Origin: the human T2T-CHM13v2.0 reference genome, Homo sapiens
Length of the DNA stretch: 64,000 bases
Reading direction: 5' to 3' (one strand)
NCBI RefSeq assembly: GCF_009914755.1
Contig: NC_060944.1
Positions 1 through 12,178 of the stretch are shown here, one piece after another; position 1 is the first letter of the stretch; each line of letters opens with the position of its first letter. A program made the translations under genes and the position numbers. Under the pieces are notes generated by a model. It was not told the origin of the DNA. It searched no databases and worked only from the letters and a program-made list of their open reading frames with translations.

Positions 1-521
1 TCCTGGTGATGCTAAGGGTGTCAGAGATGCTAGGAGAGGAACTGGCCTCTTTGTTCAAGCCAAAGGGTGAAGATTCTCTCTGACAAGGAAAAGTCTGTGG
101 CCCAGCCTGGGAATGCTCTTGTCCAAAGGAAGAAGCATAGAGTAGCTCAAGAACAGATGTTCTGGCTGGTTCTGAGGCTTGGGTAGAGGCCAGGTAAGCT
201 CCATTCACTTCTGCGGTCATCAGAAATTGACTGGGGGCCTGAACTACATCACAGGAGCAGCACGGTAGCCAAAAGATGGTCCTACTCACCCTATCCCTCC
301 AGAACTTTAGTGTCGTAAAGACACAGACAAATCCATACATAACTATAAAATAGTGTTAAGTCTTTTTGGAGTTTGGGAGGCACAGCAGTCATATGAGAAG
401 GGTGCCTGGCCCAGCCTGGGAGACCTGCAAGAGGCTTTGCAGAATAAATGACATTGAAGCTGGGACTTGGAATCTAAGTAAGAATTAACCAGGTGAAGTG
501 AAGACAGAGAAAGACAGGCAG

Positions 522-815
522 GGCTGGGTGTGGTGGCTCACGCTTGTAATCCCAGCCCTTTGGGAGGCTGAGGCAGGAGGATCACTTGAGCTGAGGAGTT
601 CGAGACCAGCCTGGACAACATGGCAAAATGCCATCTCTACAAAAATACAAAAAAAATTAGCTGGGCATGGTGGTGCGCACCTGTACTCCCAGCTACTTAG
701 GAGGCTGAGGTGGGAGGATTGCTTGAGCCCTGGAGGTTGAGGCTGCAGTGAGCTTGATCACACCACTGTACTCCAGCCTGGGTGAGAGAGGGACCTTGTC
801 TCAAAAAGAAAAAAA
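522..815 (+). mobile_element. Alu (J-like)
   Basis: Dimeric Alu with A-rich linker and tail; gaggattgcttgagcc-type right arm. Confidence 0.9.
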
Positions 816-1150
816 TACTATTCCATTGTATGGAATTTTGTTTATCTATTCATTAGTTGATGGAAATTTGGGTATTACTTTAGAGATATCGCGACTAATG
901 CTATAAAAACATTCATATGCAAAGTTCTGTGTGGACATATATGTTCATTCCTCTTAAATATATACCTAGGAGTAGAATTGCTGGGTCAGATGGTAATGCT
1001 GTTTAACTTTTTAAGGACCTGTCAGTCTGTTTTCCACAGTGCTGTGCCATCTTACGTTCCCACCAGCAGGGCCCGAGGGCTCTGATTTCCACGCGTCTTC
1101 ACACGGTTGTCCAACCCCTCCTCTTCTTGAATGGGCCAAGAGTGATACTT
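816..1150 (-). mobile_element. Old L1M (L1ME-like) fragment
   Basis: tattccattgtatgg...gttgatggaaatttggg...tacctaggagtagaattgctgggtca motifs. Confidence 0.7.
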
Positions 1151-2026
1151 TCTATCTGGGGAAGAGCAAGGGGCTGGCTCCTGGGACCTGAGGCTTGGTC
1201 CTGGGGATGTGACTTTGAGGGAAGCCCGTGTCTTTCTGGTCCACCAGGGTGAGTCATCACCCAGGATCCCGGGGGAGCTGCCTGGCAGAGGGGCGGGCTG
1301 CACCAGCCACTGCCGAAACCACCATGCAACTTGACTGAGTCTCCACCCTCAGCTCCAGGCAGCCGGGCTTCCCTGGGAGCAGCTATTTCTGGCTATTTCT
1401 GCTCCAGGGAGGAGCAGTGGTGGGTGGAAAGGTTTCAATTGCTCAGTGGGGTGATTTTTGGAAGCGCAGTGCCTTGGGGGCACAGGACAGCTTTGACTTG
1501 GGAGGAGAGCAGAGGGGCTGCTCTGAGAGTGCTGGCCCTTTGGCGTTATCAGAGCAGAGGGCTGGGCACACAGCAGTCCTGACAGCACCTTGAAGAGGGG
1601 GAAATAAGTCAGTGCGGACTGGGCTGTTCATGCAGGAGGTGCAACCCAGTGGGCGGGATGTGGCGACATGAGGCAGGCCACCAGGGTGCTTGGAAGCAGG
1701 GGCAGGCTGGGGTCTACCTACAATGGAGATGCAGCAGGGAGACCGACAGAGGTGGCGCTGGACCTCAGGCTCAGTGTTCACTTCTGTGCCTCAGTGACTT
1801 CATTTGCAAATATAGTAACCACAAAGGCTGCAGCAATGCCTGTTGGCAACTGTCTTCTCTATCACATGATGTTCTGGAACACTGACCTTTATTGGCAATG
1901 TTCTTGACCTTTCTCTTAGCTTTTTGCCATCCCTGTGGGCTCTCTTCATGATAACATCTGTGTCCATCCTGTTCTTCTCTCCGCTGTATATGCTTCCTTC
2001 CCTGGGTCCTTGTTTGGTACCATTTT

Positions 2027-2290
2027 AGCAAAGTGGTTAAGGGTTCACTCTTCGGAGCTGGCTGGGCCTGGGTGAAAATCCCAGCTCTACCATTCCCAGC
2101 CAGGTGTCTTTGGGCAAATCATTTCATGTATGCAAATCTGAGCCTCAGTTTTCCCATCTGTAAACTGGAGCAATAATCGCAGGGAGCTATTTAATAACAG
2201 CAGGTTACTTATCCTCGTAACTGGATTATGAGGACTAATTGACTTGATGGATATGAAGGGCTTAACACAATGCCTGGCACACAGTTAGTG
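2027..2290 (+). mobile_element. MIR
   Basis: agtggttaag...ctttgggcaaatca...ctgagcctcagttttcccatctgtaaa core, ending acaatgcctggcacacagt. Confidence 0.75.
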
Positions 2291-2486
2291 CTGGGCTGTA
2301 GAAAGAGCAAGGGCACGGGGCAGAGAGAATGAGGAGTGGGATCCTGGACAGAGGGACATGTTGAGTCCCCTGTATCCAGCCTGCAGAGGAGGAGAGTGTT
2401 GGGTGGGGCTGAAGGACTGCTGTGGTCAGCCTCCAGGTCAGGTGGTGTTGATGAGGGAGGCTCAAGGAAGGGTGTCTGCTCACTCA

Positions 2487-2682
2487 TTTTTTTTTAAGTT
2501 TGTTGTTGTTGTTGTTGTTCTTGTTCTTGTTTTAAGAGACAGCATCCTGCTCTGTCATCCAGGCTGGAGTGCAGTGATACAATCACAGCTCACTGCAGCC
2601 TCGAACTCCTGGCCTTAAGTGATCCTACGGCCTCAGCCTCCCAAAGCATTGGGATTACGGGTGTGAGCCACTACATCTGGCC
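2487..2682 (-). mobile_element. Alu monomer (FAM/FLAM-like) with a (GTT)n tail
   Basis: Single antisense Alu arm. Confidence 0.8.
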
Positions 2683-4519
2683 TCACTCGATTTTGTACAA
2701 AAGTCACAATCATTGCTTTTTATTCCTGAGTCATACTCCTGTTGTGCCCCATGTCTGTGGGACTACACTGACAAATAGTTTCATGCCCTCAGGAACAAGT
2801 AGCTCCATGGGTAACAAAGTAAGTGCTGCTGTAAAGGACAAAAGCAGAAATGCAGGGTAGTGTGGAGAGAATAGATGGGGAAGCTCAATGGAGATTGGGG
2901 CAATCAGGGAAGGCCTCCCAGAGGAGGTGACATTTTGGCTAAAACCTGAAGGATGAAGAAGAGTTTGCCAGCCCAAGAATGGGAAGAAAGAAGGCTCCGG
3001 GCATAGGAAACAGTGTGTGCAAAGGCCTGGAGGATCAGAGCTCGGTTTTTGTTTTGTTTTGTTTTAGGAAATGAGAGGCCAGTGTGGCTGAACCAGTGAG
3101 GGATTCAGGGAGGGATTTCCAGGTAAGGCAGGTGTGGAGCAGGCAGGGACTAGATCATGCAATGCCTTGGAGGCAGTGGGAGGATGAGGCCTCATTGCTG
3201 GGCACTGGGCAGGAAAGGAAGGAAGAGAGATAGGAGGGCAGGCCTTGTGAGTGAACCTGACCCTGCAAGTCACATGGCGAGGTGGCAGCAGCTCAGCCCC
3301 AGGGCACCCCCCGGGGAGATGCAGCTTGCCCAAGGTCCACCTCCACTGGGCAGACACCTCTGCCTGGCTGTCTCCGTTTCCCCAGAGGAGGAGCAGGAGC
3401 CACGCCTATGGTCGCATGTTGCTAACCATCTCGAGGTCAGGAAGATGCTCTGTGAGACGGAGTGGGTCAGATGCCAAAGAAAACACAAGCTTGTCAGCGG
3501 TGATGTCTCCCTGCAAAGGCAGCCGCCACCAGCTTCCTGCCGAGATGGGCCGGCTCAGCCTCACTTGCTACAGCTGGAGATGGAGAGGACCAGATGGCCC
3601 TGTTTGGCCCAGATTCCAGCCAGATTGCCAGGGAGGTGTAGGCGGAGCAGCGGGGTCGGCGCCAGGAGCAGGGATACGTGAGTGAGGAGGGCGGGAGCCA
3701 CCTCTTTGCCATCTCAGTAGGGCCCTGCCTGTGTAGGGGGTGGCGGGGCACCGACTGTGGCCTTACAGTGGTCTGTGAACCAGCATATGCTCAGAGCTCC
3801 CTGGAGGGAGACTGCCTCTGTCTTTTACCACCAGCTCTAAAGCTCTTGAGAGGTGCAAGATGTTGATGGTTGTATTCCCAGCATCCAGCACAGGGTGGCA
3901 CACAAGCAAGAGCTCACTGGTTGATTTTTGTTTTTATTTTTAAAATAAATGCTAACAGTAGCCAGGGCCTTGTCTTCCTTAACCCCACAGCAATGCCATG
4001 AGGGAGCACTGTTGTGATCCCCATTTTGCAGATGAGGACATGGAAGCAGAGAAGGGGAATAACTTGCCTAGAGCCGCAGCTAAGCAAATGCATGAGAATA
4101 AATGGGTCACTCTGACAAACTGATGGCAGAGCCTGGGACTTGGGGCTTTGTGGGCAAGAAGCTGCCCTGAGTGTGGGCAACTGAGAGAAGGCGTGGACAC
4201 TCCTGGCCGAAGGGAATAAGCGTGCCTTTCTCGTCTTTGTGCTCCCTGAGCTCCAGGCAACACCTTAGACCCAAGCCAGCTTCCTCCATTGCTCCAGGTG
4301 CTCCAGAGAGCAAGAGATGAGCCGGGAGAGGTAGGGAGACAGGACCCCTGGCGTGGCTGAGCAGGCTGCACACTGCGTAATTCCAGGGCACTGTATTCAC
4401 ACAGACTATGATGAGAACAGTGCAAGGTACTGTTATGCAAGCGTATTTGCATATTGCCTTGGAATTATGCAAGGCAGTAGCTCTGTAGGCGGAACCACAC
4501 CATACAGGACTTTGAAGAC

Positions 4520-4742
4520 CAGGGGTCTGCAAACCTTTTCTGCAAAGGGCCAGATAGTAAATATCGTAGGCCACGTGAGCCATACAGTCTCTGTTGTACC
4601 TACTCAATTCTGCTGTTGGAGGGTGAAAGCAGTCATAGGTGATATGTAAATGAATGAGTGTGGATGTGTTCCAATAAAACTTTATTTGCAGAAACAGGCT
4701 GCCTGCCAGATTTGGCTCACAGGCCATAGTTTGTCAGTCCCA
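4520..4742 (-). mobile_element. MER58A-like hAT DNA transposon (MITE)
   Basis: caggggtctgcaaac...gggccagatagtaaatat...tgttccaataaaactttattt...ggccatagtttg; terminal inverted repeats visible. Confidence 0.85.
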
Positions 4743-4790
4743 ATGAAGGTCATGGAAGGATTTTGAACTTCATCCCAAGGGCACTGTTGG

Positions 4791-5370
4791 GGCTGGACGT
4801 GGTTGTGCGTGCGCCTGGAGTCTCAACTACTCAGAAGGCTGAGGTGGGAGGATTGCTTGAGTGCAAGAGTTTGAGTCCAGCCTGGGCAACATAGTGAGGC
4901 CCTGTCTCTTAAAAAAAGAAGGCGGCGGACAGGCACAGCGGCTCACACCTGTAATCCCAGGATTTTGGGGGGCTGAGGCAGGCAGATCACGAGGTCAGGA
5001 GATTAAGACCATCCTGGCTAACATGGTGAAACCCCGTCTCTACTAAAAATACAAAAAATTAGCTGAGCATGGTGGCACATGACTGTAGTCCCAGGTACTT
5101 GGGAGGCTGAGGCAGAAGAGCCGAGATCGCACCACTGCACTACAGCCTGGGCAACAGAGCTAAACTCTGTCTCAAAAAAAAAAAAAAAAAAAAAGAAGAA
5201 GAAGAAGAAGACTGGGCGTGGTGACTCATGCCTTAAATCCCAGCACTTTGAGAGGCTGAGATGGGAGGATTGCTTGAGGCCAAGAGTTTGAGACCAGCCT
5301 GGTCAACATAGTGAGACCCCCATCCCTATATTAAAAAAATAATAATAATAAAAGAAGAAGAAGAAGAAAA
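4791..5370 (+). mobile_element. Cluster of monomeric Alu, internally deleted AluS/Y, and monomeric Alu with (GAA)n tails
   Basis: Three consecutive sense Alu heads at ~4791, ~4928 and ~5212. Confidence 0.85.
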
Positions 5371-5863
5371 GAGCAGAATGGAGCCACGAGAAGGTTTTAA
5401 GCAGGGAGTCAGGGAGCCAGGTTTACATTTTAAATGGCCCTGAAAGAGCTAATCCCTCAGCAGGGCAACACCATTTCTTCTGTCCCATTTGTGCATCCTT
5501 GAACTCTTCTATCTTCAAGTAGAGGCTTGGCCTGGGATTGCAGGGCGTCTGATACATAGAGAGTTCCAGAAGCAAAGGTCACTGCTGTCCATTTCCCATT
5601 ACCCTCGTCCCCAAATCAGCTGTCAGCACAGGTCTCGACGTGGCAGAAATCCAGAAATGCTGTTCCTATTCCTGGCCTTAGGGCAGAGTAGAATGGTCCA
5701 CTGGCCACCAGCCTGGGCTTTGAAATCAGAGAGGCCCGGTGCCAAATCCCTGCTCCTTAATTTGGCCACATGTGACTAAGCTACATCTTCCTGGCCCTCT
5801 GTCTCTTCTTCTGCATAAGAGGAATAATTATAGGTGTGAACTCATAAAATAAAGTGGTTCTGA

Positions 5864-6213
<350 letters not shown>

Positions 6214-7189
6214 AGAAAACATTATTAATATAATAATAATTTTCTTACTGAACTCTAGAGGCAGGGAGCCCGGTTGTGCACTGGGCGCCGAGGACTTTGC
6301 TCCTGTGAGTAGGTGCAGAGCCAGGCCTTGGGCTCCTAGGTACATTGGAAGTAGCACTGCTGAGGCAGCCTTGGCTCATGAGTACTAAGGGCTTCCTAGA
6401 GATGGGAATCATTTGTCCCACCTCTTGGGCTGAAAATAACTGCCCAACATCAGGGTAATTACATGACTTGGATTCCTCCACCGCATGGAGAACACCCCAA
6501 TAATTACTGTGCACAAACACTGCTTTTGGCAGCTGATGCTTATTTTCTGCCTCCAGGAGTATCTCCTGGACAGGAAGCTTATTCTGCTACCCACCCCATG
6601 GGATTTGAACCCCTAGCTAATGTGAGCAGAACCATCCAGAAACCCATCCTAGTCAGGGATATAGTGGCCACTGCTCCTCTCCCAAAAGCCATCTGTAATG
6701 CTCAGGGCACCCCCACTCACCCGTGGGCAGGTTGGGCCTTGGTGATCAGTGGCTTTGCCATAATCTCCTACATGGTCCTGAGGCTAACACCAGGCACTGG
6801 GTCTGTAGGAGATGCCTGCGAGCAGAGAACTGCCTGCTACAGACATGAGTCTTCTGGAGTCAGCCCTTGAGGGTGATCTGCTTTGCTCAGTGATGGAGAG
6901 GCTTTGTCCTTGGACTGAACTAGAGGGCTGCCAATTGGGTCAAGGTCCTAGAGGAGTTCTTGAGGACTCACTGTGTACCAGGCTTTAGGGATAGAGCCAT
7001 AAGTACCAGGTCATGGTTCTGCCCTTGTGGGGCTTAGTGTCCAATGGGCAGATACACTCAAAGCCCATAATTAGTTATATAATTGTAGTTGTGACAAGGC
7101 TGTAAATGAGATGTATAGGAGCTATGGGTATATATAACAGGAGCCTGGGGAGTTTAAGCTGAGACCTAAAGGACGAGGAGTGGGGCAAA

Positions 7190-7285
7190 GGTGTGTGTGT
7201 GTGTGTGTGTTAGTGTTAGAGGCAGATGCATGGATGATGGTGGTTGGATGGATGAATGGATGCTGGTGGATGGATGGATGAATGA
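7190..7285. repeat. (GT)n followed by degenerate (TGGA)n
   Basis: Read directly. Confidence 0.85.
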
Positions 7286-7671
7286 TTGAGTCTCCCAGGC
7301 AATGGGAACAGACTATGCAAAATCTCAGAGGCCACAAGAAGTGATGTGACTCTGTAACTGACAGAAGACTATTGTGGAAAGTGTTTGGAGTTTAAGAAAT
7401 GAGAGTGGTGAGGTTAGCAGGTAGGATGGTTGTGCACAGCTGAGCAAGTTGTGTACTGGACAGCTCCAGAAGATGCCAGTCTTATAAACCATGATGTGGA
7501 TGGTGCCACCTAGAATTGTGCAAGCTAGAGACCTGCAGACAGGGCTCACATCACGCAAGAACTTGTATGCCATAGGAAGAGTTGTGGACTTTATTCCCAG
7601 AGCAATGGGGAGCCATGGAAGGATTTTAACAATTTGTGACAGAGCTAATTTTCATTTATAATGCCCCAAAG

Positions 7672-7858
7672 CAGCACCGTCCAATAGAACTTTCCAAGAA
7701 GATGAAAATGGTCTATTTCTACACTTTCCAATATGGTAGCCACCAACCACTTGAAACTGAGCACAGCATGCCTGAGAAACTAAATTTTGAATGTTAATTC
7801 GTTTAAGCAGCCATAATAGCCAGATGTAGCTAGTGGCACCATGTTGGTCAGGACAGCG
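7672..7858 (+). mobile_element. MER3-like hAT MITE
   Basis: gtccaatagaactttc...ccaatatggtagccac...gtagctagtggc...ggacagcg. Confidence 0.75.
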
Positions 7859-9013
7859 CCAAAGGATCTGACCGTACTGGACAAAGTCCTGTCATGCTTA
7901 ACCCATACTGGCTATGCATACTGGGCAGGTCTACTGGAGATGCCACCTCTTACTGGGTGGTGACCTCAACCTCCCCTTCACGCAGGGCCTCGGTTCACAC
8001 TGAGGCCTAGGGTGCAACTGGGACTGTGGTTTGGGAGCTGGGCCTCATGAGGATGGAGCTGAGGGGCTGTACCCCCACCCCATCCACTGCTCCTGAGCCC
8101 TTGAGGACTCCTCCCTTGCCTACCAGCTTCTTTTTCCCCTGGCACCCCCTGGAGTTGCTGACTGGGTTTTTTTGTCCTGCAGAAGGGATAGTCTTCTCTT
8201 CACCCTGCCCAGCTCACTTCTAATTTGTTTCCCCACAGCAGAAATCAACGAGGAAACCACCTCAGCCCTGCCCTATGGCATGAACCGTAGCGTGGAGATA
8301 GTGTCCACGGTGGGGATTAGGGGATGTGGACTTTGGCTTCTGTTTCACAGGGAGCTAGACTTGGCTGGGGGTGGGAGGAGGCTCAGAGGGCTCAGGGCCA
8401 GCCTATGTATCCTGTCTGCAGTGCCTGGGCCTGCACGCCTGGCTTCATCAGCACGATGGCACGAGGGCCACCCACACAAGCCAGCTTGTGTATTCAAGTT
8501 CGTCCACTTGCCCCACAAACAGCCACCCTCTGTTCACCACTCTGGCCTAGAGGTCCGCTTGCCCAGTAACTGCACAGTCTACCTTTGGGAAGCTGGATCC
8601 AGGGAAGATCCTATTGAGGCCCTGCAAGCAGGCTCGGAGTCATTTGGACAGGGACAGTAGAGGTGTGGCCTGGAAGGGGAGCCAGGGGCTTGGGTGGACT
8701 CGTCCCACTGGCCCCCTGGACTCCTCATCCACGGGGAGAGGCAAAGCTGGAGGGCCTGAGATCACCCTGCCAAAGCCAGAGCTGGGGTCCCAGTTGCCAA
8801 GCCTGGGAAGGGGCCTGCAGGGCTGGTGGGTGAGCTCCTCTCTTCTCTCCCTTTGCACGTGGGTTCAGGGGAGAATTAGGGCTTGAATGGTGGTGGGCAG
8901 AGGAGGAGGGAGGAGGGTCACAGTGATAAGGGGAGGGGGCTTATCCTAAGCAAGAGGGATTCCAGGCTGTCAATGCTGTTCACTCTGGCCTCCCTGCCCA
9001 CCCAGAATCCCTG

Positions 9014-9014
<1 letters not shown>

Positions 9015-9056
<42 letters not shown>
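9015..9056. repeat. (AC)21 microsatellite
   Basis: Perfect dinucleotide run. Confidence 0.95.
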
Positions 9057-9058
<2 letters not shown>

Positions 9059-9239
9059 CTAGACAAAATTCTAGGGATTGGGGATGGTTAAAACCTCTGC
9101 TACCCTCCTTCCCCAGGGCTCAGTAGGGCCAAAGAAGGGGCATTTGACACCCATAGGTGAGCCATCACCTGCTGTGGGGACCCACAGTTTTAGTAAAAAT
9201 CATCACATCTGCCAGAGCAGGAGTTCACCTTCAAACCAC

Positions 9240-9420
9240 ATGCTGGCCACTGTGCTGAGCCCCTGGCATGGCTCACCTCGATGACCACTCACACTGCTAC
9301 TGTGAGGAGGATGAACATCATCCCCATTTTGCAGATGAGAAAACTGAGGCACAGAGAAGGAAGTGTCTTGACCAAGGTTGCACAGCCAATGAGAATGGTG
9401 CCCAAATTTGAACCTCCAGA
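9240..9420 (-). mobile_element. MIR
   Basis: ccccattttgcagatgagaaaactgaggcacagaga core. Confidence 0.75.
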
Positions 9421-9722
9421 GTGTATGCTTTCAATGACTAGAATGTGCATCCTCTGGACAACAAATATAACTTGCTTAGCTCAGTGCCTGGCATCCGGGA
9501 AGTGCTAAATAATTGTTAGTTCTTGTTATTGTTATCCATAATAAGATAGGCAGTGGCATCTACCTCTTGGAAATTCTGGGCGTCAGTTGTCTCATCTGTA
9601 AAATGGGGAGTTGTTACTACATTCTTCATAGGCCTGGGGGAGAGCGGGTCTTACCCGGGCCCCTGCATGCCTGCACACCCAGTGTGCAACGGGAAGCTCA
9701 CTCCTGTACCCTCCTATTGCAG

Positions 9723-9793
9723 TACGCTACTTCCTGAAGAATAAGGTCAGCCCTGATTTGTGCAATGAGGACGGACTCACAGCCCTACACCAG
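9723..9793 (+). CDS. PPP1R16B: PPP1R16B (TIMAP) coding exon 3, 71 nt, (V)RYFLKNKVSPDLCNEDGLTALHQ
   Basis: Acceptor ctcctattgcAG at 9721-9722 and donor CAG|GTAAGG. The translation matches the TIMAP ankyrin region; exon phase 1 to 0. Confidence 0.96.
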
Positions 9794-11590
9794 GTAAGGC
9801 CGGGCTCGTTGGGGCTCCAGGGCTCCCTGCCCCTCACCTGGACAGGTACCCTGTTTCTCGGCACTTTCCTGCTCAGAACCCTCAGGGAGGAGGGAATGAG
9901 GGAGGGAGGAGGAGCTGCAGCTGGCCCATCTGAAAGGCTCTTGTCTACTTTGGAGATACGCGTGTCTGTTACTGCCATCCCACAGAGCCCTGTGTGCGCC
10001 CGCAGACGCGACTGCACATGCAGGCTCTAAGGACAGAGAGCCTTTGTTCACTGCATCCCTCCTGCCCATGAAAGCAAGTGTGTTTGGAGCTTGACAGTGT
10101 ACGAAGCACATTCACACTTATCAGGACATCCCATCCACCCTGGCGACAGAGGCAGTTGGCGGGACTTATGTGACCTGCCTGAGGTCACATGGTCTTGATT
10201 TATGGTCTTGAGCCATGTGCTATCATGACATGTCCTTTCCAAGGCAGAGTGATGGGTCCAGCCCTCCCTGCTGGGGATGGCTTCTCTGGCTGTCACCTTT
10301 CACGTGGATGCTGCTACAGCCTCGTAACTGGTCCCCAGCATTCAGTCTGGCTCTGCCATAATTCTCTGTCCACGCAGCAGCCATGAGGATGCTTAAGCCA
10401 AAAATCTCTTCCTGTTACTCAAAGTTCTCTGGTGTCTTCCCATAATCTGGGGATAAAGAACAAACTCTGCCACAGTGCACAAGGCTGCACGAGGCTGGGC
10501 TCATGACCAATCTTCTAAGCCTCCTGGCTCTCTGGGCTCCAGCCACCCAACTTCTCAGGTCCTTGTACCCAGTGGGCTCCTCCCCACCACACTTCCCACA
10601 GCACTTGGTGCTTTCACCCATTAGCTGCTGTCCACAGCAAGAGCCTGGGAGCTGTGCTGTGATAGACATACCCTTTGTCTTCTGAAGGCCCTCTTCCTTC
10701 GTAATTAGTCATTTTAGCCATTGATGTCATCACTTGATGTTGACTTCTCCCCTACTCAGACGCTGAGCTGCCTGAGGGCACAGCACATACCTCTTGCTTA
10801 TGAGTGTGTCCTAGCATCTTTCCCCATGCTGGCATACAGTAGGTGCTCAATATGTGCATGTTGAATTAATGCATGAACACACCAAAGCCTCCCTGTGCCC
10901 GAGTTTCTAAGCAGATGGACTTGAGTGAGAGGCCAGGCAACCAGAACCCTGGGCTGGTGAGGGCCTCTCCACCTCGGTACAAGGGCAGGGGTGGGATGCA
11001 CAGAGAATGGCCACGCCCTGCCCGTAAGCCCCAGGGGCAGGTCCCTGTGTGTCCTCTTGGCTTCTCTCTCACAGGGCCTCAGGCATCTCTCAGGCAGCTG
11101 CCTCAGTACCCCCACTCCATCTGCCATTGGAAACTCCCAGACTCCCAGCTCCATGAACCCTAGAGGGCCTGGGACTCCACTAGGGAGCAGAGAGCGGGTG
11201 GCTGCTATAGCTTGCCCTGAAATGGAGACCCAAATGCCAATTCCCAAGGCTGGGCTGCACCCACCAGCCATGGGCATGAGGATCAAATGTGTGGGCTACC
11301 TCCTACTGCGTGCCAGAAAGGTGAGGATGTCAGGACTGACAGTCAGGCTTGTGGCCCGGAGCTGTCACCCACTAGCTATGTGACTGTGGGGAAGTTACTT
11401 AAGCTCTCTGTGCCTCAGTTTCCTCATCTCTAAAAGAGGAATAACAAGTACCCATCTCATTGGGTGGTTGTGAGGATTAAATGAACACATGTAAAACTTT
11501 AAGCAGCACTCGATACTGGATAAATATTATTATTATTTATTAAAAGTTATTAAAATGTATCATGTGACCACTTCCCTGCAAATTACTTCA

Positions 11591-11945
<355 letters not shown>

Positions 11946-11984
11946 AATATTATCATCCCTGTTTTATGGCTCAGGAAACTGAGG

Positions 11985-12178
11985 CAGCCTATTCAATAGA
12001 ACTTTCTACAATGATGGAAATGTTCTGTGTTTCTGCAGTGCACAGTACAATAGCCACCAGCCACAAGCGGATCCACAGCACTCGAAATGTGGCTGATGTG
12101 ACTGAGGAAATGGATTTTGAAGTTTATTTAATTTTACTGGATTTAAAGAAACAGTGGCTGTCTTATTATACCGTGCAA
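11985..12178 (+). mobile_element. MER3-like MITE
   Basis: caatagaactttctacaatgatggaaatgttct...tagccaccagccac...aaatgtggct...gactgaggaa. Confidence 0.8.

Noticed and set aside
4107-4727. 206-aa minus-strand ORF
   Set aside because: The N-terminal third is MER58A sequence and the rest has no coding signature.
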